Shown: positions 30,842 through 43,928, counted from the stretch's first letter. The stretch is DNA of 46,936 nucleotides from Pelomyxa schiedti (GCA_020536535.1 JAHLWZ010000214.1:1-46936); one strand, 5' to 3'. Translations and numbers: made by a program. The notes: generated from the letters alone by a model not told the origin.

Positions 30842-33494
30842 ATGACCGAAGGTCTTCCGCAACAACGACAAGCACACATCGACTGGGCCGTCCACGTGGC
30901 CGGTGTTGTGTGGCAGCACGTCGTGGTGCCCCACCTCGTGCCCCCACCATTCGGCGCCGTGACGCCGGACCAGGCCANNNNNNNNNNNNNNNNNNNNNNN
31001 NNNNNNNNNNNNNNNNNNNNNNNNNNNNNNNNNNNNNNNNNNNNNNNNNNNNNNNNNNNNNNNNNNNNNNNNNNNNNCCGCAACAACGACAAGCACACAT
31101 CGACTGGGCCGTCCACGTGGCCGGTGTTGTGTGGCAGCACGTCGTGGTGCCCCACCTCGTGCCCCCACCATTCGGCGCCGTGACGCCGGACCAGGCCAGG
31201 GCAGATCGCGCCGAGGCGTGCAGGGATCTGGTGAGGGCGGGGGAGGGGGTGTGGCCGCTGGCGGGGCTCGCGTGCAAGCTGGCGGTGGGCGTGGCGTCGC
31301 GGCCGTGGTACTCGTTGCCTGGGCCGGGGTGCGCGGGGGTGGCCCACAGCGGGTGGTACCACGCGCTCGTGGTGGCCGCGAGCGCGACGGGGGACCCGCG
31401 GTCGAGGTGCGTGTCGTGGCTGGTGAGGAATATCGACCGCGGGGCAACGAGGTATGGTTTGTGTGAGTGCTTTGCGTTTTGTTTTCGTTTTTTTTTTTTT
31501 TTTTTGGAGTTGTGGGGGAATAAATACTGGTGATAGAGTTATATAATATTAGGAATATTTTTTAATAAGTGAAAAAGAAATTTCTAATGCACAAAATAAA
31601 TAAGCAAAAATTAATTCTTCATGACTTTCTTTGGCAGGGGGTCACTGAAGAAGAACAGAAAGCCAAAGGAGTCAATGGCAGTGATGTTTGGTCTGTGCAT
31701 TGGCGGCCACTTGTCCGCTGCGAAGTCTTTCTTTGAAAGCGGATCTGGTGTGGGTGTCAGCATTGACTCCACTGGACTTGTGTGGGACAAGAGGCCAGAC
31801 AGTGAACACATGCAGGATGCGAGAGCCGGGAACTTTGGCGAGTTCGGTCTTCTACCAAGAATCTGTGAAGCAGGACACCTAGAAATGCTGCAGTGGGTCA
31901 CAGGCGCATTTGGTATCAAAGAGTCTTGGCAGATGTTTGCGCCCCTCCGTGCCGCACTAAGAGGAGGTAGCCTGGAAATTACCAAATGGATTCTGGCCAA
32001 ATTCGTGGGACTGGAACAAAAGTTGCATCAGAGGGAATTCTCAAGGATTGCCTTGGACCTTGCCATGGCATGCGCTTCTGGGAAAGATCCTCACTTGACC
32101 AGGTGGTTAATGGAGCAGTTCTCGTTTCTCAGTGAGAATGACTCATCAGTCTCGGCAGTTTGCGATATTCTTCTGAACCAGGTCCTTTGCAACAAAGGCA
32201 GCACCTTGGAGCTATGCCAATGGATGACGAACCACCTCAGTTTGTATTCATCGCGACTCTATTTTCACGTTACTCTCATCAACACTGAAATTAGGCACTG
32301 GGCCACCACAAATTTCCCAAAGAGACTGATCTATGGCAACCTGAGAACTTTCTGCCGTGTGGGAACAGAGGTGCAGTTTGCAGAATGGCTTGTTTCTGAG
32401 GGGAAGGCCACACCAACAACACAGGATTTCGTGGCTTCGTGCTGCAACCAGTATGGAAACCTGGAACTCACCAAGTGGGCCTCATCCAAAGTTGTACTCT
32501 CCCCTGACGACCTGAAACAGGGACTTCTCTCAGCATTGTCCCACAGCAACATCAGAATCGCCAACTGGTTGGAGCAAACTTATTCAGTGATGAAAATGAT
32601 CAACTCTCAGGGTTCAGGTGCTGTTTCCAAGGCATTTGTAGAAATACTCAAAAGCAAGAACAGTGGTGAGGATACTGTGGATGGAATTGAGTGGTTTGTT
32701 GGTCGACTGACTGCTGCTGTTGAGCTTGACAAGTACACTGCATTGGAGCAGCTTGATCAAGCAGCAACAAAAATGCGCCCAAAACTCACCCTCTACATCA
32801 TCAAGTCATTTCGCATCCTACTCTCAATATGTGCCAGTTCTGACACAACAACTAAAGGAGGCCTCTTGGCGAAGTTGCTGAAGTGTGTTGCACAGTGGAG
32901 CCTGAGTGCTGTGAAAGAGCTCACCTCTCTGTTGCCTTTCTCTGTTGAGGATGTTGCACAGGCACTGAGTTCAGACAGTGTCGTGTTCTTGTGCTCTGAT
33001 GCGGTGAGGTGGCTTGTGGAGACATACCACCTCACATCAAGTCACATCAAGGCGAACCACAATGTTGTGCTTTATCAGTTGATTCTTTCAAACAAGAAGG
33101 GCTGTGCCGAATGGCTCATTGATTCTTTTGGAATTTGCTTGGATGACGTGTGTTCTGAACAAACAATTCTTGTCTAAAAAAACCGAACCCCTAGGTTGTG
33201 GACATGTTCATGAAATGGCTGAAAGTAGACCCAATAATAAAGCTGCATGTGTCAACATGGAGGATGATTATCAGCAAGTTCCCAGAGATGGACTGTGACA
33301 CTGCTTGGAAGATAATGCGGCGTCTGGCAAACATGGCGAGCATTGCCGAATACACACTTAAGTGGTATCATGTGGAAGAAAACAGTGACACAGAACAGAC
33401 ACTCCTGCACAACCTCTCAAAGTGTTACTTAGCAAAGACTTCCAACGAGTTTCAACTGTGGAAAGCTGACAAAACCGACAGGCACTTGGGGTAA
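30842..33494 (+). CDS. Degenerate ankyrin-like helical-repeat protein, probably a lineage-expanded family
   Basis: Exon 1 MTEGLPQQRQAHIDWAVHVAGVVWQHVVVP... (spans gap), introns ~31452-31638 and ~33148-33194. Repeated GHLEMLQW, GSLEITKWIL, GNLELTKW and SNIRIANWL units. Confidence 0.7.
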
Positions 33495-33791
33495 CACAGT
33501 GGAAAACAAAGAAGCAAAGATCGGGTTTTGCTGCCATCGTCCAAGCACCACTTAAATCAGCACATTCGATTTGGGTCTGTTGTGATACATGTGAGGCAAC
33601 CTCTGGCTACCGTGCAGGGGAAAGTCCTTTTTCCTGCTTGATCTATCAAATCAATTCAAACAAATCAAGATGGAAGACGGATCCCTGGGGGGGATAGCCG
33701 AATTTGAGTCTCTTCCATTGTCTACGGAGTGCGCAGTTTTGCTTCCCCAATCAATTGATTGACATTTCTCGGAAAGTACCACGCGTAGAGA

Positions 33792-36700
33792 ATGGCCACG
33801 ACGGTGCGCGCGCATAAAAACACATTAACGGGGGTTGTTGGCATTATGACGAATTGAATTTGACACAACACAGCAGCAAGGACAACCACAAACTGGCAAG
33901 ATTAAGACACGGGGGTTGGTTCTCACCAGGGAAGATGCCAGATCTGTAGTACCCCCTCCGTCGATGCCTGTTTTGGCGGCGTCCCCTGCTGTCGCCTCTC
34001 AATCTGGTATTTCCTCCTTTTTTTTTTTTTTTTGTAAACAGCATTCTTTTCTTCTTTTCTTAATCGTTTTAAGCAACTTATGCAAGCAACGATAAAAGAG
34101 ATTTCTTCTTTGTGATCGACAACTTTGTCAAAAGAGCGGGGTCAACTGAGTCTGCCAACATGTTTGTTTCAATTTCAAATTGCAAAAGGTCCTGTTAATT
34201 ACCGCACATGCACAGAGAATGGAAGTTTCGAAGTAACATTTGGACTTATGACTGTGTCAAATGGTTTTGGATTTATTTCTCCTGCTGGTGTTAAAGTTTG
34301 TTTTTACAGGCGATGCAAAATCGTGCTGGCGAATCCCTCTGCTCACCGGCAGGCAACTCAAGCTTCTGTTTACTTGCAGATAAAGAATGGTGGAGATTTT
34401 GTCCCCCCATGGACTTTGGATGCCAGTCTAACTGTGGAACTTGTCAACCACCTCAATTTCCGAAAATCCATTGTAAAAGGTCAGATACCCCTGAAAATTT
34501 GTTCTTCCAGTTAATGGTATTTCTTCTTGGATCCTTGCAGAGTGTCATCATGTGTTCAACCAAGATGAGTGGATTTTGAATTGGGGATTTTCTGATTTTG
34601 TATCCATTTCTCATCTTTTTGATCCTGAGAGGGGCTTTCTTGATGGAAGTGGTTCCATTGTATGGAAGATTCACCATGTGGAGCAAATACTGTCTCCTCC
34701 TCATGGTAATTTTTTCACATCCTGATTAAATGACTGTTGATCTTGAGCAAGTCATTTCTGTCAAGCTGTTCACGGAAGAGGACATGTATATCAACAATGC
34801 TGGGCCTGACATTGTCTTATATCCTGGAAAGATACCAGCTTTTTCAATGGTGAACAATTTTTCCGGTCGTGATCTACAGGTAATGAGGGGAGATTGGAGC
34901 AATAGGTTTCTGATCCCCTTTCCAGGTCCGCGTTGCAGAGCATCTTGCTATACAACCGCACTTGATGCAACTGTGGATGTTCAGTGACACCGAGCCCGCG
35001 AATCAGAGAAGACAAGAACCCCAGGAAAGTAAAAGAGGACCGGAAAGACCCACAATTCTTGTGTCTGAGACCACTCAAAATTACCGGTACAGTGCATCTA
35101 TAAATAAAAGTGAGATCAAGTTCTGATTTCCCGTTCAGTATTGGCAGCAAGTACCTCCATCTCTTTGTCGAAATATCTGATCTTCCAATGTCGTGCCCCA
35201 CAGATGTGCGTAATGTAATTACGGGAAAATAACACCTAACAGTAATCTAAAGACCATTGCCTTCCCAGAGACTGACTCTTTCATTAAACTGTACTTCAAG
35301 TTCTTCAATGTCTCACAGAATAAGCTCTTGTATGGACAACCTCAAAGGCAAGACATCTCATCTTCCTATCAGATATGTTGGGTCATTGTACTGTTATCCA
35401 ACACAGTCATTAGCCCAAATCGTACCGACACTAAGACTTCTTGCGTCACTTGACTCAAAGGAAGAACTTCAGCTTTTCAAGGTGCGCACCTATTTGGTTG
35501 GTGTGTTCTCACAATTTTCAAAGGAATCTCCAAGTTTCCAAGTTGACCAACTTCCAACAAGCACTCCCTTATCCTCACTCAGTTCAGGAGGTTGTTTGTT
35601 TCCCTCTTACAACTTGCCAGGACTCATTATGTACGCAGATGTTGTTGTTTTCCAACCTAGCAGAACCAAAATGGCTTGTTCCAACTGGTACACTCGCGCA
35701 TCACAGTGTGTAGTTGTTGTATTTTACCTCGCAGAATATTACACCACCTGCCAACAAGTGGGGCATCCAGCAGCAACTCCAACTACCACTACCACATCCA
35801 CAAGCTCTTCGAGCACAACAGCTGCATCTTCTGGATTTCTTGAAAGCCGCGAAGGATTGAAACTTGTGCTAACACTCAAAACTGCCAAGACTTTCACGTA
35901 TGTCGTGGAAAAATTATGCAGAAGGCTGCGAGGAGTAGTGATTGACCCCACAACCGTATCTATCCGCTGTATACCATTTGGGCTTCCAATGTAATACTTA
36001 AACACACGCTTTAGCGATTCCTTACATACTCTGTTCAGAGCGAGAAGTCAAGGTGTACAAGACATACTGAAATTACTTGAACAAAATGTGCTATTTTTCG
36101 ATGTACAAAATACTTCTATTTCCGATTTTGTCGAGGCATACAACAATGTTTTCCACGTTATCCCCTGTTGAAAATCTTACAATACCTTCAGCAAAGCCAA
36201 GTTCCATACTTTGCTCTTGGAGGGGCGGATATGGACCTTATCTGCAACGTTTGCAGAAAGTATCTCACTGATCCTGTACTTCACAGCACATGTGGCGAGA
36301 TGTTGTGCGCTGAATGTGCTGCGGTACGTGAGTTTTCATGCACCAACCTTTTTACATGAGCACAGGTTGGAAAATGCCCAGGGTGTAGTGGTACAATTAG
36401 CCCCCGTACTATCAGTCCAGCGGTTCCTACTGTAATTCGCAACCGATTGTTGTCAGCCAATGTTGTATGCACTGTATGCTGCAAAGTGACGCAAAAGAAG
36501 AATAGTGCTTCACACCTCCAGTCTTGCAAGTGCGGTGTGTTCCGCCTTCCTTCTCAACCTGTTCTGAACTTCACCAGTTTGTGCCGACTGCGGAATGAAA
36601 TACCGACCGCAATACTTCAAAGAGCATACATCAATATGTGTTGCTCAGATGACTAAGTGTGGGATCTGTGGTGTCAGTGCCAAACGGGGTCACATTGTGA

Positions 36701-37307
36701 CAACCCATTTGTTGATCTGCCCTTGCTGTGTGTACTATCTTTATACCTTTCATGAAGCACTCTCAAACTTTCTTTTAGCCTGTGTCCACGGCTGTGGCAA
36801 AATAGTTTGCACTCTTACTCAACCCTCGCATGACAAACAATGCCCAGCAAAGCAAATCAAGTGCCCGAAATGCGGACTTGTTGCCCAGCGCTCCGTAATT
36901 CAAGACCCAAGCCATTGCGCCCGTGTGTATCTAACCCGCCCAGTCACTCTCCTAACATATTCACAGCCTGCCCCAGGCAATGCGGTGTACAAGTTGCACA
37001 GGGGTGCTCCGAGGCGCACGACGCCCAATGCGGCGGAGTTACTGTGCCGTGCCCCGCGAGTGACGCCATGTGCCCGTGGCGTGGGCCGCGGTCCGGGCTC
37101 TCGCAGCACATTGGGAGCTGCGCTTTCATGCTGTGCCGGTCGGCACTGGTCAGGATGCTCCAGGAGAATGCCACGTCGACGGCTAGGCTCAACTCACTGG
37201 TGCAGAGCACTCGCCAGAGGGCCGCTGAGGTGGCTGTCCTCTGTGAAGCAGTTCAGGCAAAATGCACAACAGCCACAACTACTACTAGTACAAGTTCCTC
37301 CAGCTGA
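33792..37307 (+). CDS. MATH + USP7-like UBL1-3 + RING + TRAF-type zinc-finger protein (no USP catalytic domain)
   Basis: MATH: FFFVIDNF...ASVYLQ...LVNHLN...HVF...NWGFSDFVSISHLFDPERGFL. UBL-like segments: HVISVKLFTEED...MQLWMF; IKLYFKFFNVSQNKLLYVG...ADVVVFQ; LTLKTAKTFTYVVEKLCRRL. RING: CNVC...HSTCGEMLCAEC...CPGC. Several TRAF-like CxxxC...HxxxC fingers and a coiled coil. The start exon is tentative. Confidence 0.75.
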
Positions 37308-37517
37308 ACCATAAAGTACCGGCTTCTTCTTTCTCTGCGTTTGATATTCCTTTGCCTCTGGCAGGTCATAGAACCAACCTCTGTCTCCTCTGGTTGGAAA
37401 ATGTGCTTCTTGTGGTGTCGCGCACCACATCCATGCAACCGTTGTAGCGTCGTGTTCGCACAGATTCCGACATAATCAACAGCAAGTTTTTAGTTGAAAA
37501 GGTAAAAACCAGTATTT

Positions 37518-38814
37518 GATGGGGAAAGGGAAAAAGAAACGTGCGCCACCGCGCCCATCGTTCACGTGTTCTGGAGGCTACGTCACCCTGCGCGACCAGG
37601 TGCTGGCCCTGCTGGCCTCGTGCCACCCACGCTGCGGCGCGCGCAGCCCCGCGTCCCCGCTGGGCCGCGGCGTCATCAGGCCCATGGCCGAGTCCTGGCT
37701 CCGCGACACCGCCGTGTTCCACGCCCACGTCATCGGCGGCGCCCCCGTCGCCCTCGGGGTGTCCAGGGCCACGCTGGGCGTCACTGTGCCGCCCCACTCG
37801 GTCCAGTCGCTCGCCGGGCCAAAACACAGCTACATCGCCACGTGGGTGGACTCGAACCACTGCGTGACTCTCGGGAGAGAAGACGACTGCGGCGGGTCGC
37901 ACAGCCTGCCGTTTTGGGACTGGGTGTACGTCGACGCGAGGTCCGGCGCCCGCAAGGTACTGCCTCCGCCCCCCCCGGCCGATTACGTCGACGTGCCGTG
38001 GGACAGTGCCACTGGGATCAAGATATCCCAGCTGAGAGAAAGGTATCGCCCGAGAACGGCGGCGCTGCCTGCCAACGAGCGCTGGATGGTTGTCGGCCGC
38101 CCGCTGTGCGTGTTCAAGCTGGACGAGAACATGGCCCCGGTTGGGCCGCTGCTGCTGCGCGACGGCGGCGGCGACGAGGTGCTGTGGGGGTTTGACAGGT
38201 TTGTATCCCGGGACCTGCTGTCTGCCTACTTTGGGCTCGGTCCCACCTCCATCAAGCTCATCGATGTTGAGCGGTCTTTCGCCTCTGGCCAGCTGGTGGT
38301 TGTTGACTCTATCTCCCTGGGTACTGCACATATCACGCACATTACATGCTACTGGCCACAGAAACTCGTAGTTGGGATGCACAAGAAGAGTATTATTTCC
38401 ATCAACAGGTCTGGAGACAGACGCACTCTGTCACATGCACCCGGCCGAGTGTCATTCTTGGAGTCCAGCTTCTTTGTCCAGCAGTTTGACCACACCGAGC
38501 ACTATGACCTCTGGCAGTTCCTTGACGACTCTCCTGGGACTCTCCCAACCCACTGTTCCACGTGGAAGCCTGTGCCTGTGCTCCAGAACCTTGACCACAA
38601 TCAGAGCACTGGACGTCCGAAGTACAGGAATAATGACGTGGATGTGTGGTTCCCCCTTGCTGGTGACTTGGTCATTGCTTCAAAATATGAAAGACTGGCT
38701 GTTGTTGACCTTACGAGTGGCAGGACACTCATAGCCTTGACCTCAAACCCTGGATTCTCCTGGAATCCTTCTTACACCTTCTGTTGTGCACTGGGCAAAT
38801 TCACAACCTCATGA
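37518..38814 (+). CDS. HxRCG-box family protein (intronless)
   Basis: ORF with LRDQVLALLASCHPRCGARSPAS, LGVSRATLGV, ANERWMV, IDVERSFASG, YDLW, VVDLTSGRTLIAL. Very GC-rich 5' half. Confidence 0.85.
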
Positions 38815-38942
38815 TCACTGACACTGGCCTCCAACTCCTCACCCTCCTTTTTATGTAAACCAATTCCCCCAAACAAATAATTCTAGATGAAATGTGTTAG
38901 GGAAAAAAGTTTTTTTCGTTTGTCACATTTTGCTCAGCAACC

Positions 38943-39218
38943 TCAAGAGAGAGCCGAGATAATAATTGGGAGATACTCAGCAGCCATCTTGAGGTACTTT
39001 TTAGCATCTTTGTGCTTCTTTCCTTTTCCAAGGAGCTTGTGCCTCCAACTACGTAGTAGTAAGTATTACCGTTAACAACAACAAGAATTGAATGGGAATG
39101 AGACACACTCTTTTGTTTTGTTGGCATGTCTGTGAATGCCGTGCTTTCGGCAGTGTTTGCACCTGCCATGCTTTACTGCATCGTTCATGCAGCCATCAAT
39201 GTGACACTTCTTTGCCAT
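38943..39218 (-). CDS. Small basic Cys/His zinc-finger-like protein (71 aa, 2 exons)
   Basis: Spliced via GT-AG intron 39108-39049: MAKKCHIDGCMNDAVKHGRCKHCRKHGIHRHANKTKDWRHKLLGKGKKHKDAKKYLKMAAEYLPIIISALS*. Confidence 0.55.
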
Positions 39219-39693
39219 TCAACTTGTGGTTTTTATTATTATGAACGAAAACGTCCCTTATAAACCGCGGATCGCGGTTTCACTTGTACCAAGTCACCAC
39301 CGATACACCAGCCAAGTTGATACTTCTCTCAGTGCCTCAGAGAACTTTCTCCCTAAAAAACATTGGGAAATTGTCGAACCTCCGATGCTACCTCAGTAAC
39401 TAATCACTGAGGAGGGAACGACCAAGGAGTGGGTCCTGAGAGATCTGTGGGTTGATATTTTTTATTTCTTCGCGTTAGAGGAAAAGCGAATCAATCAAGT
39501 GCGGCGATTGGTTGCGACTCTCTCTTGGTTTCCTAATCAACCGACGACGACCAGCAGTAGTGGATATATCAATATAGTTTTATATTGATACGTCGTCTCC
39601 TGCTGTTACACAAAGGTTTTTTTTTCTTTAGGGGTAGTAATTAATTACAATTAACCAAACGTATGTGTGTTGTCGTGTTACAGAAAAAAATCG

Positions 39694-42600
39694 ATGATTT
39701 ATCCACGCGGTGTTATTGATGCCAATATGGGGTTTGGAAATGTTAATAGCTCACAACAACAACAAACCTACACAAATAACAACAGCATCACAACACCTGA
39801 TTACTTCGCACTACTACACCAAGCACAACAGCAGCAACAACAACCACTGCCACTACCACTACCACCACAGCAGACATTCACAACACAGCCACAAGTGCTG
39901 GGGCTGATGGGTGTGAGTGGAATCGCTGAGCAACCGGACCAGACTTCACGCAAGCGCCCACGTCGCTTGTCTGAGCNNNNNNNNNNNNNNNNNNNNNNNN
40001 NNNNNNNNNNNNNNNNNNNNNNNNNNNNNNNNNNNNNNNNNNNNNNNNNNNNNNNNNNNNNNNNNNNNNNNNNNNNCCACTACCACCACAGCAGACATTC
40101 ACAACACAGCCACAAGTGCTGGGGCTGATGGGTGTGAGTGGAATCGCTGAGCAACCGGACCAGACTTCACGCAAGCGCCCACGTCGCTTGTCTGAGCCCT
40201 CAAACCCTGCCTTCAATGTCAGTCCAAATGCCCTTGCTGCACTGGGATTGACCGCGGCACAGCTTCAGCAGCCTTCACAGTCTCAGGTTCTGTCACAATC
40301 TCAGGGCGCTCCTCAGCCACCGCCACCGCTTCCTGTTGCCCTGGGATCGTCACCTTCACCGCCTGGGAATCCTACGGCAAACTTGACGTCAAGCTACTCC
40401 CCACCTTCTCAGCAGCTTTCTCCATTGCCTCAACTCAATCAACTGTTGATGGACATGCAAGTACAGTTTCAACAACAACCGCACCAGGAGCAGGCTCAGC
40501 AACAGCAACACACTGACCCTATGTCCACAGCTAACTTGTACCAGGCAACCTCTTCAACATTACCAGCGTTGCAACTTTCCTCAGGGCAGATACAGCAACT
40601 GCAAATGCAACTTCAAAATCCTTCCCTTTTACCACAATTTGCTCAATATTTGCAGGAGCAGCTAGTGAGTACAAAACTCTCTGTAAACTCGTCTCACTCA
40701 TTGTGTAATAGATTGCCACACCACAACACCATACCGTGCCTAACCAAAACCAAAACTCTCCGTCACCACCTGGTTCTTCACAAGTCGCCAATTCGTCATT
40801 ACAGACACAAAACCCAGCGTGGGGATCCCAATGGCAGTCACAACCAACATCACAACCCCTTTTAGGGAGCTCCCAATTCACAAAGCCTTCATCGTTTATT
40901 CCACAACCATCCAACCAAAATCTGCAGCCCCAAGGCAACCGGTCAGAACCAGCACTTAAAGCAGACCAACTCCCACCTCCCACTAGGTAAATCAATTTAC
41001 TAACTTAATACCTAAACTAACAACCAATCAATTTAGTAATGATATCGCCAACTCTGCAATGCATGCAGAGTCGCTCCAGGTACAACTTTTTCCATGTGCA
41101 AAATTGTTTGTAACTTTTTCCAGCTTTTAAATCACAACACCAAATTCTCTCTTTTCTCTGAGCAACTTCAGTTGCTGAGACAACAACAGCACGTAGCCGC
41201 ATCAAGTATCGCACAATCACCCTCGTTTTATCAGGCTACTCCCTCCACAGTACCACAAAGCCCCATTACACAACTGCTTCCCTCTTTTCATTCTACAACA
41301 CAAATGCCACCACCCTCACTTCCAGGGAACCAAGTCACCCCAGCGGATGCTAACCCTCTCCCACTTGGAATTTTCCCATCTACGTTGTATTCCTCTGGTT
41401 TCCCTCAAGGCTGACTTTTTTCCTTAAAGATACTCCCTGGATAAAAGTGGCACTTCAACTCCACAACTTAACCGATATAACAAAGAATTTGCCTCCCAGG
41501 TTTCCTCTTTGAGTATTTCCTTCTCTTACCTACTGTCAGATCTTAGCCACAACGTCTTCCAATTTGAAAGTATTTTCCTCGTGTCTAGAAAACTTGAGAC
41601 AAACACAACAACAAATTCTTGGAATGCAACTGCCCATTGAGTCCCCTGTAGCATTCCTTTTCTCCCTCCACAAGTGAATTCACTTAATATTTTCTATTGT
41701 TAGCAACTGGAAAACTTATCTCAGCAGCATCGTCAGCTCTTTAGTGCAATGGATAAGCAACACATCACACTTGTGCACTTATTTGATGAATGCATTTTAT
41801 CTCCAACCGATTTATATTCTTACAAAAAAATCTTACTTGTATGCATCCGTCAAGTTTTTTTTTGTCTCACTGCTGCCCAAAGCAAACCCAAAAACACATG
41901 AAACAACTGGAGCTATTTCAGAATGAACTGTCCCACTATATTAGTTCCGATTCATCGTTTTGGTTTGTTATTTTAGCACATGCATATGTGTCTTTACTAG
42001 TTTCTTCCCAGTCCTGCGGTACTCTTTCTCACTGAACAACCATTCCCGCGAACCATTGTAAAGGGTCAACTGGTTCCAATTGATGCCCAGTTACTACTGG
42101 CCTCCAGAGCCGATATACGGTATTACATCGTTTCTCAGAACCCCATTAAACTCTGGTTAAGGTCCATTGGAAGTGTGTCAGCAATTATTGTTCAATCACA
42201 GTCTTCCAAAAAACCTGGCAAGGGAATAACTACCTCTGTATCCCTGGAATGCAATCCTGAGCAAATCGATAACGAGGGGAAGGTGCCACTTCAATAATAA
42301 TTTAAAAAAGCCTTCTCAATCTAAAAAAACAGGTCCGTGTCAATGTTAAGTTTATGGTTGGCACCAATAAAAAACCTGTAACTCTGAAACTCCATGTCAA
42401 CATAAAGCACACTCCACTGAGATCTCAAAAAACTCCATTTGCGGTATTCTTTTCATGTACTTTTTTGAACTTACCCATATTCACCCTCTAGCAACCAGAA
42501 CTGCGAGCTATAGAGAGCAATCATTCACGCCCATTTATTATAACAACTAATTCCATTCAATGGCGGGACTCAGAAGGAATGCTTCTTCGCACGGATACCT

Positions 42601-43650
42601 TTGGGGAAATGATTGATGTGTCATGGGAACGATTCGCTAACACTTTCCAGTCCTATTATCTGGTTAGAGATATTTAAAAAAAAAACCAAACTTACACAAC
42701 AAAGGCTGCTACTCGTCAACACCTCGAATTTCCAACACGAGCATTGACAACAAAAGACTTAGACTACCTTGCTGCCATCAAATTTGATAATAACAGGCTT
42801 GTCAGTGCTTCGCAATTTGACAGGTTCTGGGAATGGTTTGGACCAGCTGTAGAAAAGCTCCGGCATCAAAGAGGTCTGTGCCCTATGTGGCAAGCTGGTC
42901 TGGTGTATGGCTTTATGTCCAAGCGGGAATGTGAAACAGCACTCACCGGGTGTGAAGATGGTGTCTCAGTTGTGAGATTTAGTGACACATATCCTGGAAG
43001 ATTTGCGCTTGCCTACGTTTTTAAGGTGTTTCTACTTCATCTAAAATTCTGCTCCTAAGAAAAGCCCCAGGGTGAGGTGCATCACTCTCTTATGAAAGAT
43101 TCCGATGTAGCTGGGAATAAGAGGTCACTTGTGGATGCTCTTCACGATGTTCCGAACATACGAACGATATTACAAATGAAGTCTGACTTCACCGGGAATA
43201 TTACTTCCTCAAAAGTATCCAAGGTACAACACCGGTTCTTCTTCCTTAATTCTAACTACCCTTCAGGAGGAAGTTATGCGGGAATTCTTCACCGAGAAGC
43301 CGGACCCACACACACCCGGCTATGAGGACTTCCCCTCCCTAGAATACCTACTAGAGGCCTCCTCGTCCTCCCCACCACAACCACAACCACACACCTCCCC
43401 GGAGCTATCACCCGGCACATCATCATTATCACCAGTGGACCGTTCCGCATCATCATCCACATCCACATCCACATCCACAGCAGCAACCACATCAACATCA
43501 ACCGGCAACACGAATTCCACAACTGCGGCAGCAAATAGCAACAGCAACAACAGCAATGCAACATCACCCAACTCATCGCCACTGTCACCATCACCATTGT
43601 CTATGAACTACAACCCCTATGCACCTTTTCCAAACCAAAACGACGTCTAA
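39694..43650 (+). CDS. Dictyostelium-type STAT transcription factor (Q-rich N-terminus, coiled coil, DNA-binding, linker, SH2, Tyr tail)
   Basis: ILSPTDL, EQPFPRTIVKG, SRPFIITTNSIQW, VSWERFANTFQSYY, FDRFWEWFG, VYGFMSK, VVRFSDTYPGRFALAY (SH2 Arg kept) and a C-terminal PGYED, matching Dd-STATa-type motifs. Spans gap 39977-40076. Confidence 0.9.
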
Positions 43651-43928
43651 GTACAAACAAAACTCACAACATGCACCCCAATTGTGGAGGTACCACTTTC
43701 TTACTAGAAATGTACAAATGAATATCGTTTTACTTAATGTTCCCATTTCGTTGTGATAAGAGAGGGACCCAGCACCACTAGACTGAGAGATTCGTTTCTT
43801 CTCGAAAACCCGAAATACAACGTACAAGGAATTGCAGCTGAGACGAGACCAAATGTTTTTTTGAAGAACAATTTTTTCTCTTTATTTTAAACAAACACGC
43901 CCTTGGTGGTACGCACGTAGATCTGACC

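Noticed and set aside
30470-31447. Long Pro/Arg-rich minus-strand ORFs (also 37366..38382)
   Set aside because: These are antisense shadows of GC-rich plus-strand coding exons.
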